Below, piece by piece: positions 62,645-64,000 of a stretch of DNA of 64,000 nucleotides. A model generated the notes under the pieces. That model had not been told where the DNA came from. It worked only from the letters and a program-made list of their open reading frames with translations, and did no database searches. Source of the stretch: Calcarisporiella thermophila CBS 279.70 (lineage: Eukaryota; Fungi; Calcarisporiellomycota); NCBI RefSeq assembly GCF_041956535.1, contig NW_027192196.1, forward strand, positions 1,100,752 through 1,164,751, in the 5' to 3' direction. Made by a program: the position numbers and the translations under genes. The first letter of the stretch is position 1. Each line of letters begins with the position of its first letter.

Positions 62645-63097
62645 TCATGGAACAACTCTGATTGAACCATACATTCCAAGAGCACATTGTAGTGTGCAAA
62701 TATAATACACCATACCAGGAGACCTAAAAGATTTTATATAGGTACCAGCTATCATTTAAAGAATATTATGAGCACTCTAGAATTGCTTGCAACGTAAAGA
62801 TTAAAAAAAATTACCTCCTATCTTTATTCCTGAACTCATTAAATCATACGGATCTACTCCTTGAGGTGCAGAAACCATAGGGGACGCACAACCAGCGAAT
62901 CCGGGATTGTGTGCTCTCATAATGTTGTGAGGCAGGATACCTTCCCATCTAAAAATGACCGGTTCACCTACTCGCACTGTTATATCTTTCGGGGAGAATG
63001 AGTAAGGTCCGATACCCCCGCTAGATCCAACTCGAACTACTTGTTGGGCGAATATCAAATTGAATAGTCCAAAGAAACAAAAAAGAAATCGCATCAT
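62645..63097 (-). CDS. Small secreted cupredoxin (plastocyanin-like), 2 exons
   Basis: Signal peptide; FSPKDITVRVGEPVIFRW..PHNI; exon 2 AGTYIKSFRSPGMVYYICTLQCALGMYGSIRVVP*. Confidence 0.8.
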
Positions 63098-64000
63098 ACT
63101 GATATAATTTAATCTTGAATGAGCGGAAATGCTTTCAGATGTATTCCCGGCTCGAGTCCCGGCCTTTTATATTTGAATGCCACTAAATTTGCCCAACCCA
63201 TACAAAATCAATCCCCTGTATTCCACTTTTGTAATTCGATAAGGCCATAGCTTTCAATATTGTCCGAGTTTGATTTTCAAGTTTCATATGCGACTCTTGT
63301 AGTATTAGGCTACAAATGGGAGTTTCCAAGCTTGATCAGACATACCGCATTTAGATTTTGAAGAATCAGCGTTTCAGAACTCTCTGCAACAGTATTAATA
63401 TATCCTTAAAAATACAATATATATTCAAGAATATTTATTCTCGAATGGCCATACCGTTTTGGATATCGATTCTTGTGCCGTAAATGTTCACCATATATAC
63501 TGCAGGCAGGAAAGTGAGTTTGAGAAACATATGTATCATTTGGCCTCATCCTCTGGCATCGAAAATGGCATATTACATTGTGCGACTTTATTCAAGGTAA
63601 ATGTTATATTCTATGGTAGTGATTTATCGCTAATTTAAAATTGTAACAATCCAGTTGGGAAACGAACATAGAATATATTTCACTATTCATCGCTTAATCG
63701 TTGATTCATTTTCAGGGCAGATCCTCCTGAAAGATCTTGGATTTTTATTAAATAGACTGCGGACTTTGTCAGCAGTCCACGCTTCAGGATGATGAGGCCG
63801 ATTTATTGGATAAAATGAGCTGGTACAAAGAATAGAGAAAAAGTAAACAAAAAAAAATCGTACGATAATCTGAACGTGATTTTGCTATAAATATGAACCG
63901 ACCAAGGAGATGTTTCCTCGGCCGTTTTGAGCTGGATACTTCCGTTTAAGATGAGTTCCCAACCCGAAATTCTTCATAGTGGGTCAGAGAGCGATTCCGG

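Noticed and set aside
1-64000. tRNA, rRNA, snRNA genes, CRISPR arrays and transposase ORFs
   Set aside because: None recognised by eye; tRNAscan-SE and Infernal would be needed to exclude small RNAs.

Overview
Gene-dense, intron-rich eukaryotic DNA that reads as an early-diverging fungus (inference from gene content, short introns and a U12-type intron). It contains three N-gaps (20110-20620, 22458-23144, 61855-62252). Housekeeping genes: cytosolic Hsp70 (3' part), PP2A B56 subunit, ATG8, guanine deaminase, QNS1, TAF6, RPL27, a V-ATPase c' subunit (missed by the ORF track), an AlkB-like dioxygenase, a hotdog thioesterase, a peroxisomal SDR, flotillin and a BTB protein. Accessory content: a four-gene DUF3712/Tag1-like cluster, two Cys-rich secreted peptides, a bacterial-like secreted glycoside hydrolase, a P5 ATPase with a Cys-rich ectodomain, a damaged MgtA-like ATPase, a CACTA/CMC-like MITE and a cupredoxin with an altered Cu site. 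Strongest leads: (1) three secreted DUF3712 paralogs with a near-constant N-half and a variable C-domain, two of them head-to-head on a perfect inverted repeat (probably ~1 kb, collapsed in the assembly) around a 620-bp potentially invertible spacer; (2) a clear AT-AC minor-spliceosome intron in RPL27. Family names were assigned from recognised motifs; no database searches were run.
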